A DNA stretch of 63,780 bases, filler included, from Octopus bimaculoides (taxonomy: Eukaryota): assembly GCF_001194135.2 (NCBI RefSeq). It is 11 parts of 9 records of this genome, joined end to end, with 100 filler letters (N's around TTAATTAATTAA, not from the genome) between each part and the next. Parts side by side here need not be neighbours in the genome. Positions count along the whole stretch, not along the records: positions 23,306 to 31,332 come from NC_068985.1; positions 31,433 to 46,393 come from NW_026391695.1; 9 more parts are not named here. The stretch is one strand, 5' to 3'. Within the stretch, counting starts at the first letter, position 1. Each line of letters opens with the position of its first letter. The notes beneath the pieces are model-generated. The model made no database searches. It saw only the letters and a program-made list of their open reading frames with translations, and was not told where the DNA came from. The translations under genes were made by a program, and so were the position numbers. Shown here piece by piece: positions 26,466 to 37,757 of this stretch.

Positions 26466-26890
26466 TTTTGTTTAAGATTATAAAAAATATTAAGATTAAT
26501 AACATACTGATTTGAAGCGAAGAACATAAACATGATAAATGAAATGCCATTACCCTGTTATATATTAATATACTTATGTTAGCGCTAATCAATGTAAAAC
26601 CGAAGTACAGGGTGTTTGCTGAGAAATAATAATAATAATAACAATATACATGCTAATAAGGAGAAGGTCAGATCTAAGTCAAAGCAGCTGGTGATACAAG
26701 GTAGCCTTAGCCGTAATTACTGGGAAGGAAAAAATTAATCAACTATAGAAGGGGAAAAGGCAAGTTGTGGTGGATGAAGAAGTGGAAATTATTCATAGGA
26801 TATTAGTAAAAAAAAAAAAAAAAAAAATTGTAATGATAATAACTATAATAATAATAATGCTTGAAACCTAACCTAGTAGGAATGATGGGG

Positions 26891-28080
26891 CTAACGGTAA
26901 TAAAAGAAGGTATGTTTCTTGAAGTGCTGACAGTGGTACGCCCTCTGAGTGATTTGGTTAACTAGGCGATTCTTGGAGAACAGGATATAAAAAAGCTCCA
27001 AGTTACAAAGAGGGCAGAATTCCCTCCCTTTGTCATAGGGAACTGAGGTGGCCAGTAGGGACCATTCCAGAGAGAATTGCTTATTGCAATCCTTCAGTTC
27101 CCAAATAAATTTACTAAGGCCAGTAGTGCTAGCTTTATTTCTATCTCTAAACGACGAATAATGATTCGAGATTCTCTTGGATACCTGTGTCGATGAACTA
27201 CCTACATAGTATGAGACTTCAGTGTTAGAAGTTACCTTGCATTGATACACTACATTTTTGGTCCTTGAATTCGCACTCAAAAACCTGATTCTATTAGGAT
27301 TTAATTCCGAGATGTTAGTCTTATTGCTAATCTTATTATTGTTACAGATAATTATGTGATTCCCAATATTGGACATACTACCTATACTAATATCTAACTG
27401 ATTAATGCCATCATTTGTGTGTGTTAAATTGTTGGAGTAATTATTATTGCTACAGGTTTGAACATTACTAATATTATGATTATGACTAGGATGGCTGTCT
27501 ATAGATGAATCCCAAAACCTGAGATTGTGGGAAGATATAACCTGTAACAAATTTTTGGTGTTCGAAACCTTATGCGAGTTGATAATTGGGTAATAGTGGG
27601 AACCTTTGGGGAAATTCCTATTCACCGCGTCTTGGAACTGCCGGACCAAATCTGATTTGACCTGCTTCCCAAACGGGAGGATGAGCCAGATATTATTATT
27701 ATTATCAACAGATCTAGATGTAGTATTAGAGTGGTTAAATACACAAGGATTTTAAAATTTGTTAAAGTATTTGGGGCTAGTTGGGGCACTTCTTTTATGT
27801 GAGTTAAGAGGATGACCCACTTTCTCAGTAAAGTGAGAAGAATGGGAAGGAATAGAAATGGGTTCATCTACGCTAGTAAAGGGGGTATCATGTTGTGTAG
27901 AAGGGGAAAGATCACTAGAAGAGTTAATGTACACTACCTTTTCCTTATAGACAGCCCTTAATAAGGATGAATTATAGAAGTCAGCCTCCTTATTGAAAAT
28001 TTGGGAGTTAGAAGAAAGTTTGGAAAGCCTAATGGAATAATATCGCTGACCCCTTTATATCACTATGTAAACAAACCTTC
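26891..28080 (-). mobile_element. Penelope-like retroelement, 5'-truncated: RT thumb plus GIY-YIG endonuclease
   Basis: SIRLSKLSSNSQIFNKEADFYNSSLLRA.YKEKV (thumb), then IWLILPFGKQVKSDLVRQF...NFPKGSH, then NVVYQCKV...YYVGSS...KRISNHYSSF...LSKFIWELK...W..L...YDKGREFCPLCNLE. One stop near 27752. Confidence 0.9.
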
Positions 28081-28147
28081 TAACGGTCACTGCTCGTAAG
28101 TTACCCCATCATTTCGTTTTTGTCTTGCTATTACATGTTTTATTATG

Positions 28148-28238
28148 AACTCCCTGAAGAGAAATAAATGAGGAACCCCAACAGCTCTTTCTTCTTTGTG
28201 AAAGAACTCTCATTTATTTCGAAACATGTGTAGGAATT
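28148..28238 (+). ncRNA. Type-I hammerhead ribozyme with intact core, adjacent to the Penelope-like element
   Basis: CTGAAGA 28154-28160; perfect 12-bp stem II GAAATAAATGAG/CTCATTTATTTC (28161-28172 / 28209-28220); GAAA 28221-28224; minimal quasi-palindromic stem III ACATGTGT; GTA triplet 28230-28232; stem I AACTCC/GGAATT with one mismatch. Confidence 0.75.
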
Positions 28239-28559
28239 AAAGGAACCTTTACTGACATGCGTTTTGCTCCATTTATTATTATCCATATCTTCTCAAAATG
28301 TATCACTTTAACTTGGTATATCTACCTGTAAAATGGCTGTGATATCTTGTTTTTTAGTGTAATTTTGCTACCTCTGGTAACTATTAACGTATTTAAATTA
28401 TCGAAAGTTTTAATAACTGAGATAATATTAATATATACANNNNNNNNNNTATATATTTATATGTATGTATGTATATGTATGTATAATGTAACCACATGTG
28501 GATCGTTGGCAATTTTTTCCCTCTGTCTTCCTTTTCTCTTGGACTTTCCTCTGTCTCCT

Positions 28560-28594
28560 GTTTCTGAAGAAGAGCTTTGCTCAAAACGTAAAAC
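28560..28594 (+). ncRNA. Minimal hammerhead-like motif, probably inactive (G12 position is A)
   Basis: GTTT-CTGAAGA-A-GAGC-TTT-GCTC-AAAA-CG-TA-AAAC. Stems I and II and the ACGT palindrome are present, but AAAA replaces GAAA. Confidence 0.55.
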
Positions 28595-28711
28595 CACCTT
28601 TCTTTCCTTCCCTGAGCGTCTGCTAATACTTTGCATGTACCACATCCTTGCATTGTTGTCTTTTTTCTTGTTTTTCTTCATTTTTTGGGGATTAACTATA
28701 TATATGTATAT

Positions 28712-28895
28712 GGGAGCAACTGTCTTTGAAGACTCATATTGTTGAATACTTGAAATGAGGAGTAGATAGACAGCTGAAAACTGATGGAGGGTCTTTTCTC
28801 TGTGTTTACTTGTCCTGTTTTCCATTTTTTCTTGTTCACATATTTCACTCATTTTTTCCTCATTTGTTTACATATTTCATGTTATATGCACTGCT
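28712..28895 (+). repeat. Interspersed repeat of about 190 bp, with a second direct copy at 31141-31332
   Basis: Shared TGTCTTTGAAGACTCATATTG...TGAAATGAGGAGTAG...CTCTGTGTTTACTTGTCCTGTTTTCCAT...TGCACTGCTG. Confidence 0.85.
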
Positions 28896-28953
28896 GGTGA
28901 TGTCCTGTACCCATATATGCACACACACGTGCACACACACGTGCACACACACG

Positions 28954-28986
<33 letters not shown>

Positions 28987-29046
28987 GTATATATATTTAT
29001 GTATATATGTAAACACGCAGACATACACACATACATATATATAATA

Positions 29047-30623
29047 CCGTGAAATGGGGTTACTTTGAATAGTTTTTAGACTTCTTATTGCAATAATTTC
29101 CTAACCTTCTTTTCAATCTTAACTAAATTTGACTATTAGGGGGACTAAATAGATAAACTGATATATGAGATAAAAATAAGTCAGTAATTTGGGGTTACTT
29201 TGAACAGTAATGTATATGTTATAAAAAAGTTGTTTTTTATTAACAAATACAATAGGAAAATCAATGAACAGCTTAAATATTATAGCACTAAAGAAAATGT
29301 CACACATTTATCAGTAAGTGACATTTTATATTCCTAATTCTTGTTCAAGGTCAGGGAATCAATAGAAACCCCTGTTATTCAGTGGAATCTCTTTTGTTTT
29401 CATTTCTACCACATCTTCTTAGTCGTAGACGAATTTATCCTCCTTCAGTAGCCACCTCCACCCTATCTTTTTACATTTTGTCAATGATGACACAAGTGCT
29501 CCATCACTTCTATTTGAGATCACCTGACCAGGAAATGTTTGCCCTTCATATGACAAAGCTTTCCGTGTTTTCTGCTCATGCCATGTCTGAAGCACCGGAG
29601 TGCCTGTCACATTCATTCATAGAAACATCACTATCCACAGAGTTTAGCTCTTCATCATGCAAATTCTCTTGCTGCTCTCTTTCTCCATGCTTCTCTATAA
29701 CTGTTGATGAACTGGTGGCCATCATTTCACCACCAGAAGCACTGATGTCCTCAGTACTTATACTTTTGCCAAGGGTAATGTTCAACTTCTTTCGTCTCTT
29801 CTTTGGTCTGCTCTCATCCCCTCTTCTCATTGACTTTAGTATTCCCAACGCAACATCTGAAACTCTTACATTGATGACTTCATGATCTTCTTTGCTCACT
29901 TCATGGTCTGGTAGCTGATCCAAAACTTTGTCTGGATGAAAAGGGTGAATTCCACATTTCATGAACCCACTTTCCAGATTCTTGCTGTGAGTGACCACCT
30001 TCAGGAAAGAGAGCAGTATGCAGCGGTGTGAGCAGAGCAGGAAAAGCATCTTTAGTTAAGGTCTTTGAGTTCTTCCTGCTAATCATTTAAGATCTTTTTC
30101 CAACTTTTTTTAAGAGGCCCATAGAATGCCACGTCAAGTGGTTGAAGCATATGTGTGGAATTGGGTGGTAGCAGCTTGCTTACTGCCAGAAACAGTGATT
30201 GGGATTACTTTGAACGCTGTTTAAAGTAACCCTGCTGGGTAATCAAAGGAGGGACATGTCATGTTATACAAGTTTTTACAAAGATACCAAAGTTATAAAA
30301 ACACTTCAATAGAAAATTAACTAGTTAACATTTATTTTAACATATCTTTTATGCAAGAAGTGCTTTAGCTACTGACAAAAGTATTCATATTTTGCAAAAA
30401 TGTTTGTTTTGATGAAATTTGAAGGAGCTAACAAATTCTTTCTTTGAGTGGATAATCAAAGTTATATTTACAAGTTTTACTTTATGTATTGAAATTATAC
30501 TGTCATAGAAATATAATTCTAAATTTTAACAACACATTTAAACAATTCTGTAAGAAATTTTAGTAACAAGCAATAAGAGGAAACAAAATATTATATTTTG
30601 TTCAAAGTAACCCTGTTTCATGG
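29047..30623 (-). mobile_element. Internally deleted pogo-family (Tc1/mariner superfamily, DDE_1-type) DNA transposon
   Basis: TIRs CCGTGAAATGGGGTTACTTTGAA and CCATGAAACAGGGTTACTTTGAA (reverse complement at the right end), with TA on both flanks (29045-46, 30624-25). Minus-strand LLPPNSTHMLQPLDVAFYGPLKKSWKKIL, NLESGFMKCGIHPFHPDKVLDQLP and YEGQTFPGQV...W.W...D at 29419-30176, with stops and frameshifts. Confidence 0.9.
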
Positions 30624-31140
30624 TATATTATTTTATATTATTTAATTGGAGGCGACACATTAATTTCCAAGTAAGTTTATCTTTGCCTTTTTGATGTGAC
30701 TCTCTACTCTGTAGTGTTTTCTTCCTCCATCCTTCTCTAATTCCCTTTTTATCCCCTCCCTCCTTCACTGTTTTCTATATGTCTCTGTCTCTGTCTGTCT
30801 GTCTGTCTGTTTCCCTCTCTCTCTTTCTCTCTCTCCCCCTCTTTCTTTTTTTCTCTCATTGCTCACATGTAACCATTGTCCATCTTCCTTTTCCTCACGT
30901 GACCATCTTTCTTTTCCTGCATGGATGTTTAAAGGAACAAACGTATTTTCTCTTTCTCTCTCTTCTATCTTTTCACTTTCCAAAAAAATGTTTCTCTCAG
31001 TGTTCACTATTTTCCTCTCATTCTGGTCTAATGACTCTCCATGTTTGTTTTCATTCGGTTTCCTTGTATATCTCCACTGTTATTTTTTTTGTTCCCAAAT
31101 TTGACCCTCCATAAATCCTAAATTTTATTTTAGAATTTAT

Positions 31141-31332
31141 GGGGGCAATTGTCTTTGAAGACTCATATTGTTGTTGAATGCTTGAAATGAGGAGTAGTTA
31201 GACAGCTGCCAACTGATGAAGGGTCATTTCTCTGTGTTTACTTGTCCTGTTTTCCATATTTTTCTCGTTGTTCATGTATTTCACCCGTTTTTCCCTCGTT
31301 TCTTTATGTATTTCATGTTATTTGCACTGCTG
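31141..31332 (+). repeat. Second copy of the 190-bp repeat (see 28712-28895)
   Basis: Direct similarity by eye; truncated by an assembly gap. Confidence 0.85.
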
Positions 31333-31433
31333 NNNNNNNNNNNNNNNNNNNNNNNNNNNNNNNNNNNNNNNNNNNNTTAATTAATTAANNNNNNNNNNNN
31401 NNNNNNNNNNNNNNNNNNNNNNNNNNNNNNNNA

Positions 31434-31736
<303 letters not shown>

Positions 31737-31742
31737 TGATAT

Positions 31743-32225
31743 AGTTACCATGAAAGAACCTCTCAAATGGGCTTTTGGTGCATATAAGCACTCTTGTTTA
31801 TATCTCTAGTGGAGGATAAATCACCTGCCATCGCCAAGACTACCAGGCTATGTGATTTCGGCCTTCCCTGGCCTTGTCAATGGTTAATGCTCAATTGCTA
31901 GAAATAGCAGCGATATTCCTGCAAGGAATATACACAGAATCTCAGTGCCCTGTCAGGCACTAGTGTCACAACTAGCCAGTGGGCTAATTAAGAAATAATT
32001 AATGGGACAGAAGCAGTATTAATACCAAAAGGTAATTTTTACCCCCACTTAAAAGTGGGTGCTGTGTTAGAACAGGGAATACTGCAATAGTTACTATGGT
32101 TGAAATCATGTGAAATCTGGTTGTTCCAATAGTAGGAGTGGTGGTTGACTTATCTCCCACTAGCAATATAAACAAGACTGCTTATATGCACCAAGAATCC
32201 ATATGAGAGCTTCTCTCATATGAAC
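31743..32225. repeat. Foldback/MITE-like inverted repeat in the last CPOX intron
   Basis: 31743-31812 is an imperfect reverse complement of 32158-32225 (CCACTAG..ATATAAACAAGA.TGCTTATATGCACCAA...). Confidence 0.65.
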
Positions 32226-32677
32226 ATGAGAGAACCTCTCATACGAATATTATACATTGACTCTTTTTTTGATACAGTTGGGAGTGATGTAAAAGAGAAT
32301 TGGCTGCTATTTCTAGCAAATTGAGTGACCAAGTTGAGGCTCCTTCTGGGTCATATTTTTTTATACCAAACTGCCCAAAACTGCTCTTGGCTCTATGAGA
32401 TAAATTCTGTGTGTTAAAGTGATCTAAACTAAAATCTCTCATTAAAATTCCATGTTAATTTATGTCCCGAGTATCAGCTTAAAAATGACAAAGTTATTTT
32501 ACTAAATTATTCATCATTTTCCAAATTAATTGAAAGAAAGGCAACATATATCAACAGAAATATGATAAGAAGAGGGTTAATATCAACATATGAAGACTTG
32601 AATTTAGTACCTGTTCTAACACTTTTGCTATTTTGCCTGCTTTTTTACATATTGCTTGTCTTGTTCCACTCTTTCAG

Positions 32678-32764
32678 AAATGGCTATATTGTCATAATCC
32701 AGAACCTGGTTCAAAGGAAGAAGAAATCACCTCTGTTCTTAAAGAACCCAAGAATTGGGCTTAA
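32678..32764 (+). CDS. CPOX: Coproporphyrinogen III oxidase, terminal coding exon
   Basis: Acceptor ttccactctttcag; in frame with the previous exon; KWLYCHNPEPGSKEEEITSVLKEPKNWA* matches the CPOX C-terminus (W.Y.H.P...S.E.....VL..P..W). Confidence 0.93.
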   Translation, partial: KWLYCHNPEPGSKEEEITSVLKEPKNWA

Positions 32765-32818
32765 ATTCCATTTTATATCCTAAATTTATACTCGTTACAA
32801 TAGAATGTATTTATATAT

Positions 32819-32824
32819 AATAAA
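32819..32824 (+). promoter_or_regulatory. Candidate polyadenylation signal for CPOX
   Basis: AATAAA 55 nt after the stop codon, followed about 15-25 nt later by a GT/T-rich tract. Confidence 0.55.
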
Positions 32825-33639
32825 AGAAACTTAAAATCCATTTTGTGTTTTTTTTCTCAATATTTTTTTAAAATCTGACCTTGAAAATTTCTTGAATAGT
32901 AATAAGAAACTGTAGCAGAAGCTAAAGAACTGAAGGTCTTCAGAAAAGCCCCTCTTCATTCAAGTCTTTCAGTCCTTAACTCGATACCCTGAGGGGGTAA
33001 GGCTGCATCCATGTCATGATTCCTGGATACCCTTCTGCCAAACTCTGTGCCATTGTAACTCTGCTGAGTGACTATGGTACTCCAGATCCAAGGTACCTTG
33101 GTGTTGTGGCCAGTTCAGTCTAAGATGTTAGTTGACTGTAAAATAAATTATGTCTTATGTTATTTAATTTCATTCCTCCTTCCCCAGATGTATTTGGGAC
33201 TCTTTTTAGCTGTTTCTACCATTACCTTAAGAGCTCTCTCAGAAACGGAGAACCGCTTCATCAGATCACATGCAGATTTGTCCACAACCACTATTACACC
33301 AATCTCTGTGGTGAGGACAATAATATTATATTTAAGCATATCTGATAATCTATGAAACAATTTATGATAAAAAGTTTTAACCACCCATGCAGTGTAGTAA
33401 AAGATGGTGGTGACAGAATCGGTAGCACCTCAGATGGAATGCCTTGTGGTATTCAATTTAACCCTCTACACTCTGAGATCTAATCTTACTGACAGAATAA
33501 ATTCTTTCAGGGTCAGTAGACACCTTCCATTTTAGGTTGAGGGTTTGGCAGAACAGTTAAAGCATGTGGTGAGATTTCTTGCAGTGCCTGTCCCTGCTCT
33601 TTGCATTCTGAATTTAAGTGCGGTTTTGATGTTGATGGT

Positions 33640-33925
33640 GTGTAGCTCAGTAAGGTCATGGGTTCAATACCTGGCAGTGCTTTATGTCCTTGAGCAAGAC
33701 ACTTTATTTCACATTGCTCCAGTCCACTCCACTGGAAAAAAATGAGAAATATCTCTAAGTCAAAAGGCCAGCTTTGTCATATTCTGTGTCATCCTGAATC
33801 TCCCTAAGAACTATGTTAAGGGTACACGTGTCTGTGGAGTGCTCAGCCACTTGAATGTTAATTTTATGAGCATTCTGCTTTGTCAGTTGAGTCAACTGGA
33901 ACCCTTGTCATCATAACCAACAGAG
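33640..33925 (+). mobile_element. tRNA-derived SINE family 3
   Basis: B-box-like GGGTTCAATACC, core CCTTGAGCAAGACACTTTATTTCAC...GCTCCAGTCCACTC, and body matching 61560-61875 in reverse. Confidence 0.7.
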
Positions 33926-34114
33926 TGCCAGCTAGCTAGACGATGGCCAGTGCTATTCACCTGACCACAGGAGCCCTATGTCCAACTCACAATTGACCAG
34001 TGTGGGCAAGGTAGCCTACAATTAGCATAGGTGAAGCAATAAGGGGATGATGAGACTTTCATCCAACAGTGGATTGTCCGAATAAGACATTATCGTGTAC
34101 ATCAAGAATATATT

Positions 34115-34528
34115 TAGGTGCTGGCATGGCTGTCTGGTAAGAAGTTTGCTTCCCAACCACATAGTTATGGGGTTCAGAATCATTGTGTGGCATCATAGGC
34201 AAGTGTCTTCTGCTATAGCACTGGACCAACAAAAGCCTGGTAAGTGTATATGGAAGATGGAAACTGAAAAGAAGCCCATTATATTCAGGGTTGGCCAAAA
34301 GTCACCTGAGAGTAAATCAAAACCATTTAATCCCAAGAATAAAACAAAAAGTTATTTTATACAAGTCTACACTAATAAATAGACATATGTTGAAAAAAAA
34401 AAAAACAGCGACTTTAACTCGCAGCTTTCAATTATTAAACATAATTGGAATGAATAAATAAAATTAAATATTAAGTATTTATGGAATTTTTTTTTTTATT
34501 TACTGTCGGATGACTTTTGGCCAAACTT

Positions 34529-34560
<32 letters not shown>

Positions 34561-34700
34561 CTCCCACCACTACATGACAACCAGTGTTCATTTGTTAAAC
34601 TAGTGATTTCGCATAGGGGGTTAATAGAATAAATATGAGGTTTAAAGAAACGTAAGTACTGGGGTCGACTTGTTTGACTAAACCAGTGGTGCTCAACAGG
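34115..34700 (+). mobile_element. SINE family 2 pieces (head/core 34115-34290, tail 34530-34700)
   Basis: Match 51200-51620 in reverse. Confidence 0.65.
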
Positions 34701-34975
34701 GTCCATATTATTCTTAGGAGTCCATATAAGATTTCCTTGTTGATATTTATGTGCAATAAATTGGTTATACTTCTACAATACATTTAGTTTTTTAAGAATT
34801 TTTTTTTATACAATTCTTAATATCTAATTATGAAAATATAATAGGATGTTTTAAAACATCAAATGGCTATAAAAGTCCATCTGAGTAAAACAGGAATCAA
34901 AGAGGTCCATAGATAAAAAAGATGTTACTCCAGCATGGCCACAATCTATTGCTGAAACAAGTAACAATTATAATA

Positions 34976-35160
34976 ATCCTTTCTACTAAAAGCGCAGAGC
35001 CTGAAATTTTAAGGGAGAGAACTAGCCGATTACTAGTACTTAATTTATCAACCATGAAATACAAAGTTGACCTCGGCGGAATTTCAACTTAGATCATAAA
35101 GACGGACGAAATGCCGCTAAGCATTTTGTCCGGCGTGCTAACGATCCTGCCAGCTCGCCG
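34976..35160 (-). mobile_element. SINE family 1
   Basis: Head CGGCGAGCTGGCAGGATCGTTAGCACGCCGG on the minus strand, plus core. Confidence 0.8.
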
Positions 35161-35324
35161 TCTTTGTAGTAATTATAATAATGTAAATATATAAACTTAT
35201 GTTATTTATTTAGCCTTTCACTCTTTGTTGGATCATTACTATGCTGAAGCCCCACCTTGAAAGACTTGGGCAATTATTTTGAAGTTTGAGTAAGTCGATG
35301 ACATTGATCCCAGTGCTGGACTGA

Positions 35325-35646
35325 TACTTGAGTATCAGTCGAGCACTGATGTCGATGTAATCGATTCATTTCCTCCCCCAAAATTACTAGCCTTGAACCA
35401 AAATGTGAAACCAATATTACTTTTTGAATAAGACAACAAAAATATGTCTAAGAAGGACTAGAGCTTTCGGAGAACGTTGTCTTCTAAGACTGCATATTCA
35501 ATACTGTTTTAAGTGAATTTTTACACTGTTTAAAGAATAAAATGTTTTTCCACAGGTACTACAGAGGTATGTTAACGGCAATTACCAAGGGACGTAATCG
35601 TGATGTGTGAGTCACAACTAGTTACTTCCCCTGAAAAGCAAAAGTC
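35325..35646 (+). repeat. Local duplication of about 320 bp, second copy at 36675-36993
   Basis: Near-identical (about 3 substitutions seen). Both ends lie in SINE family 1 sequence. Confidence 0.9.
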
Positions 35647-35834
35647 GATCCCGGCGGTATTTGAATTCAACGTAAAGTCAGAAGAAATGCTGCTAACGTT
35701 AACCCTGACGCTACCTTGATGTAACAACAGTATATTTGTAAAAGATTTACCTACACAATCGCTCAGTAGAAGAATAACAATATAACTAGATTATATCATC
35801 GATTTCAGCCCAAAATTAATATTAATTCTTGAAA

Positions 35835-36740
35835 AGGTGGCGAGCTGGAAGAAACGTTAGCGCACCGGGTAAAATGCTTAGCGGTATTTCGCCTGTCTCT
35901 ACGTTCTGAGTTCAAATTCCGCCGAGGTCGACTTTGCCTTTCAACCTTTCGTGATCGATAAATAAAGCACCAGTTACGCACTTGGATCGATGTAATCGAC
36001 TTAATCCCTTTGTCTGTCCTTGTTTGTCCCCTCTATGTGTAGCCCCTTGTGGGCAATAAAGAAATAAGAAACGTTAGCACGCCGGGTAAAATGCTTAGCG
36101 GTATTTCGTCTGTCTTTACGTTCCGAGTTCAATTTCCGCCGAGGTCGACTTTGCCTTTTCTCCTTTCGAGGTCGATAAAATGAGTATAAGTCGAGCACTG
36201 ATGTCGATGTAATCGATTCATTTCCTCCCCCAAAATNNNNNNNNNNNNNNNNNNNNNNNNNNNNNNNNNNNNNNNNNNNNNNNNNNNNNNNNNNNNNNNN
36301 NNNNNNNNNNNNNNNNNNNNNNNNNNNNNNNNNNNNNNNNNNNNNNNNNNNNNNNNNNNNNNNNNNNNNNNNNNNNNNNNNNNNNNNNNNNNNNNNNNNN
36401 NNNNNNNNNNNNNNNNNNNNNNNNNNNNNNNNNNNGGGTCTTTACGTTCCGAGTTCAATTTCCGCCGAGGTCGACTTTGCCTTTCGTCCTTTCGGGGTCG
36501 ATAAATTAGGTAATCGACTGGCCTCCTCCCACCAAATTTCGGGCCTTGTGCCTAGAGTAGAAAAGAATATTAATTCTTGAAGAAGGCGGTGAGCAGGCCG
36601 GGCGGGGTCTTTACGTTCCGAGTTCAATTTCCGCCGAGGTCGACTTTGCCTTTTCTCCTTTCGAGGTCGATAAAATGAGTATAAGTCGAGCACTGATGTC
36701 GATGTAATCGATTCATTTCCTCCCCCAAAATTACTAGCCT
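35835..36740 (+). mobile_element. Head-to-tail cluster of SINE family 1 copies (35835-36068, 36069-36236, 36436-36570, 36580-36740)
   Basis: A-box-like TGGCGAGCTGG, B-box-like GAGTTCAAATTCC (35908-35920) and repeated cores. Confidence 0.85.
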
Positions 36741-37464
36741 TGAACCAAAATGTGAAACCAATATTACTTTTTGAATAAGACAACAAAACTATGTCTAAGA
36801 AGGACTAGAGCTTTCGGAGAACGTTGTCTTCTAAGACTGCATATTCAATACTGTTTTAAGTGAATTTTTACACTGTTTAAAGAATAAAATGTTTTTCCAC
36901 AGGTACTACAGAGGTATGTTAACGGCAATTACCAAGGGACGTAATCGTGATGTGCGAGTTACAACTAGTTACTTCCCCTGAAAAGCAAAAGTCTTTCATG
37001 AATTATGTCCCTTTATGATTTTAGTTTAAAACACTGAGGTGAAACCATCAGTTGATTTTCTTTCCTACTTGCCTCTAAATTTGTGATCACAAACCAAACT
37101 TAGGAATCGATTTTAATTATTTTTCTATTCTCTTTACCCTTTATAAGGCATGCACAAATGCTGCTTACGTCTCTTTTCAGCAGCATATTAAATTGGCAGT
37201 ATGGAAATCTGGACATAATGACTACTGCATTGCACTTCTATCCAACGCTATATCCATTCTGTCAAATTGCTGTCGTAAATCCTAATATCTTAGATAATAA
37301 ATGATACGCCTGATATTATATCTAGTTCTAAACATAGCCCCTAAAGAGACGTAGAGGTGGGGATTGCAGTAACGTTTCGAATGGCTTTGATCGTACGTCT
37401 GCTCGAACGGAGTTGGTTTGAGGATTGAATATGTCTATTTAGTTTTTGTTGTAGCAGTTGTTAT

Positions 37465-37757
37465 CTTGTAATTCAGACTGCTTCATGTTCCCAGCAAACA
37501 AAATGGAAAAGGCGTTGCCTCTGAGGATGACGAAGGAGATGCGCTGGAACAGACACTCTAACTCACAAGGTTCACGCGTGGGTAGCCATCTCCGCCAATA
37601 GAAGAGATCAGGGATGTTGTCTGGGGGCTGAGAACGTAGGAGATCTCCACTGTCACAGGCTCGACCATGTCAGGGAACCTGTCAGAGAGCGACCGATACC
37701 TTGACAGTTTGCTTTTCTCATCCTGACGAGTAGTGGAGGCTGAATACACCAAGAGAA
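37465..37757 (-). mobile_element. CRE-like non-LTR retrotransposon, C-terminal restriction-like endonuclease remnant
   Basis: QDEKSKLSRYRSLSDRF...EPVTVEIS...SLISSIG, a frameshift, then TREPCELECLFQRISFVILRGNAFSIL, matching the CRE-type K..KY..L...P.A.ET...LFQR.S..IQRGNA pattern. Confidence 0.75.

Noticed and set aside
33160-33384. NIIVLTTEIGVIVVVDKS, faintly like a Penelope RT N-terminal motif
   Set aside because: The key ADKG residues are absent; too weak to call.
35450-35500. Minus-strand CGAAAGCTC inside a hairpin, resembling half a hammerhead
   Set aside because: No CUGANGA core can be placed.
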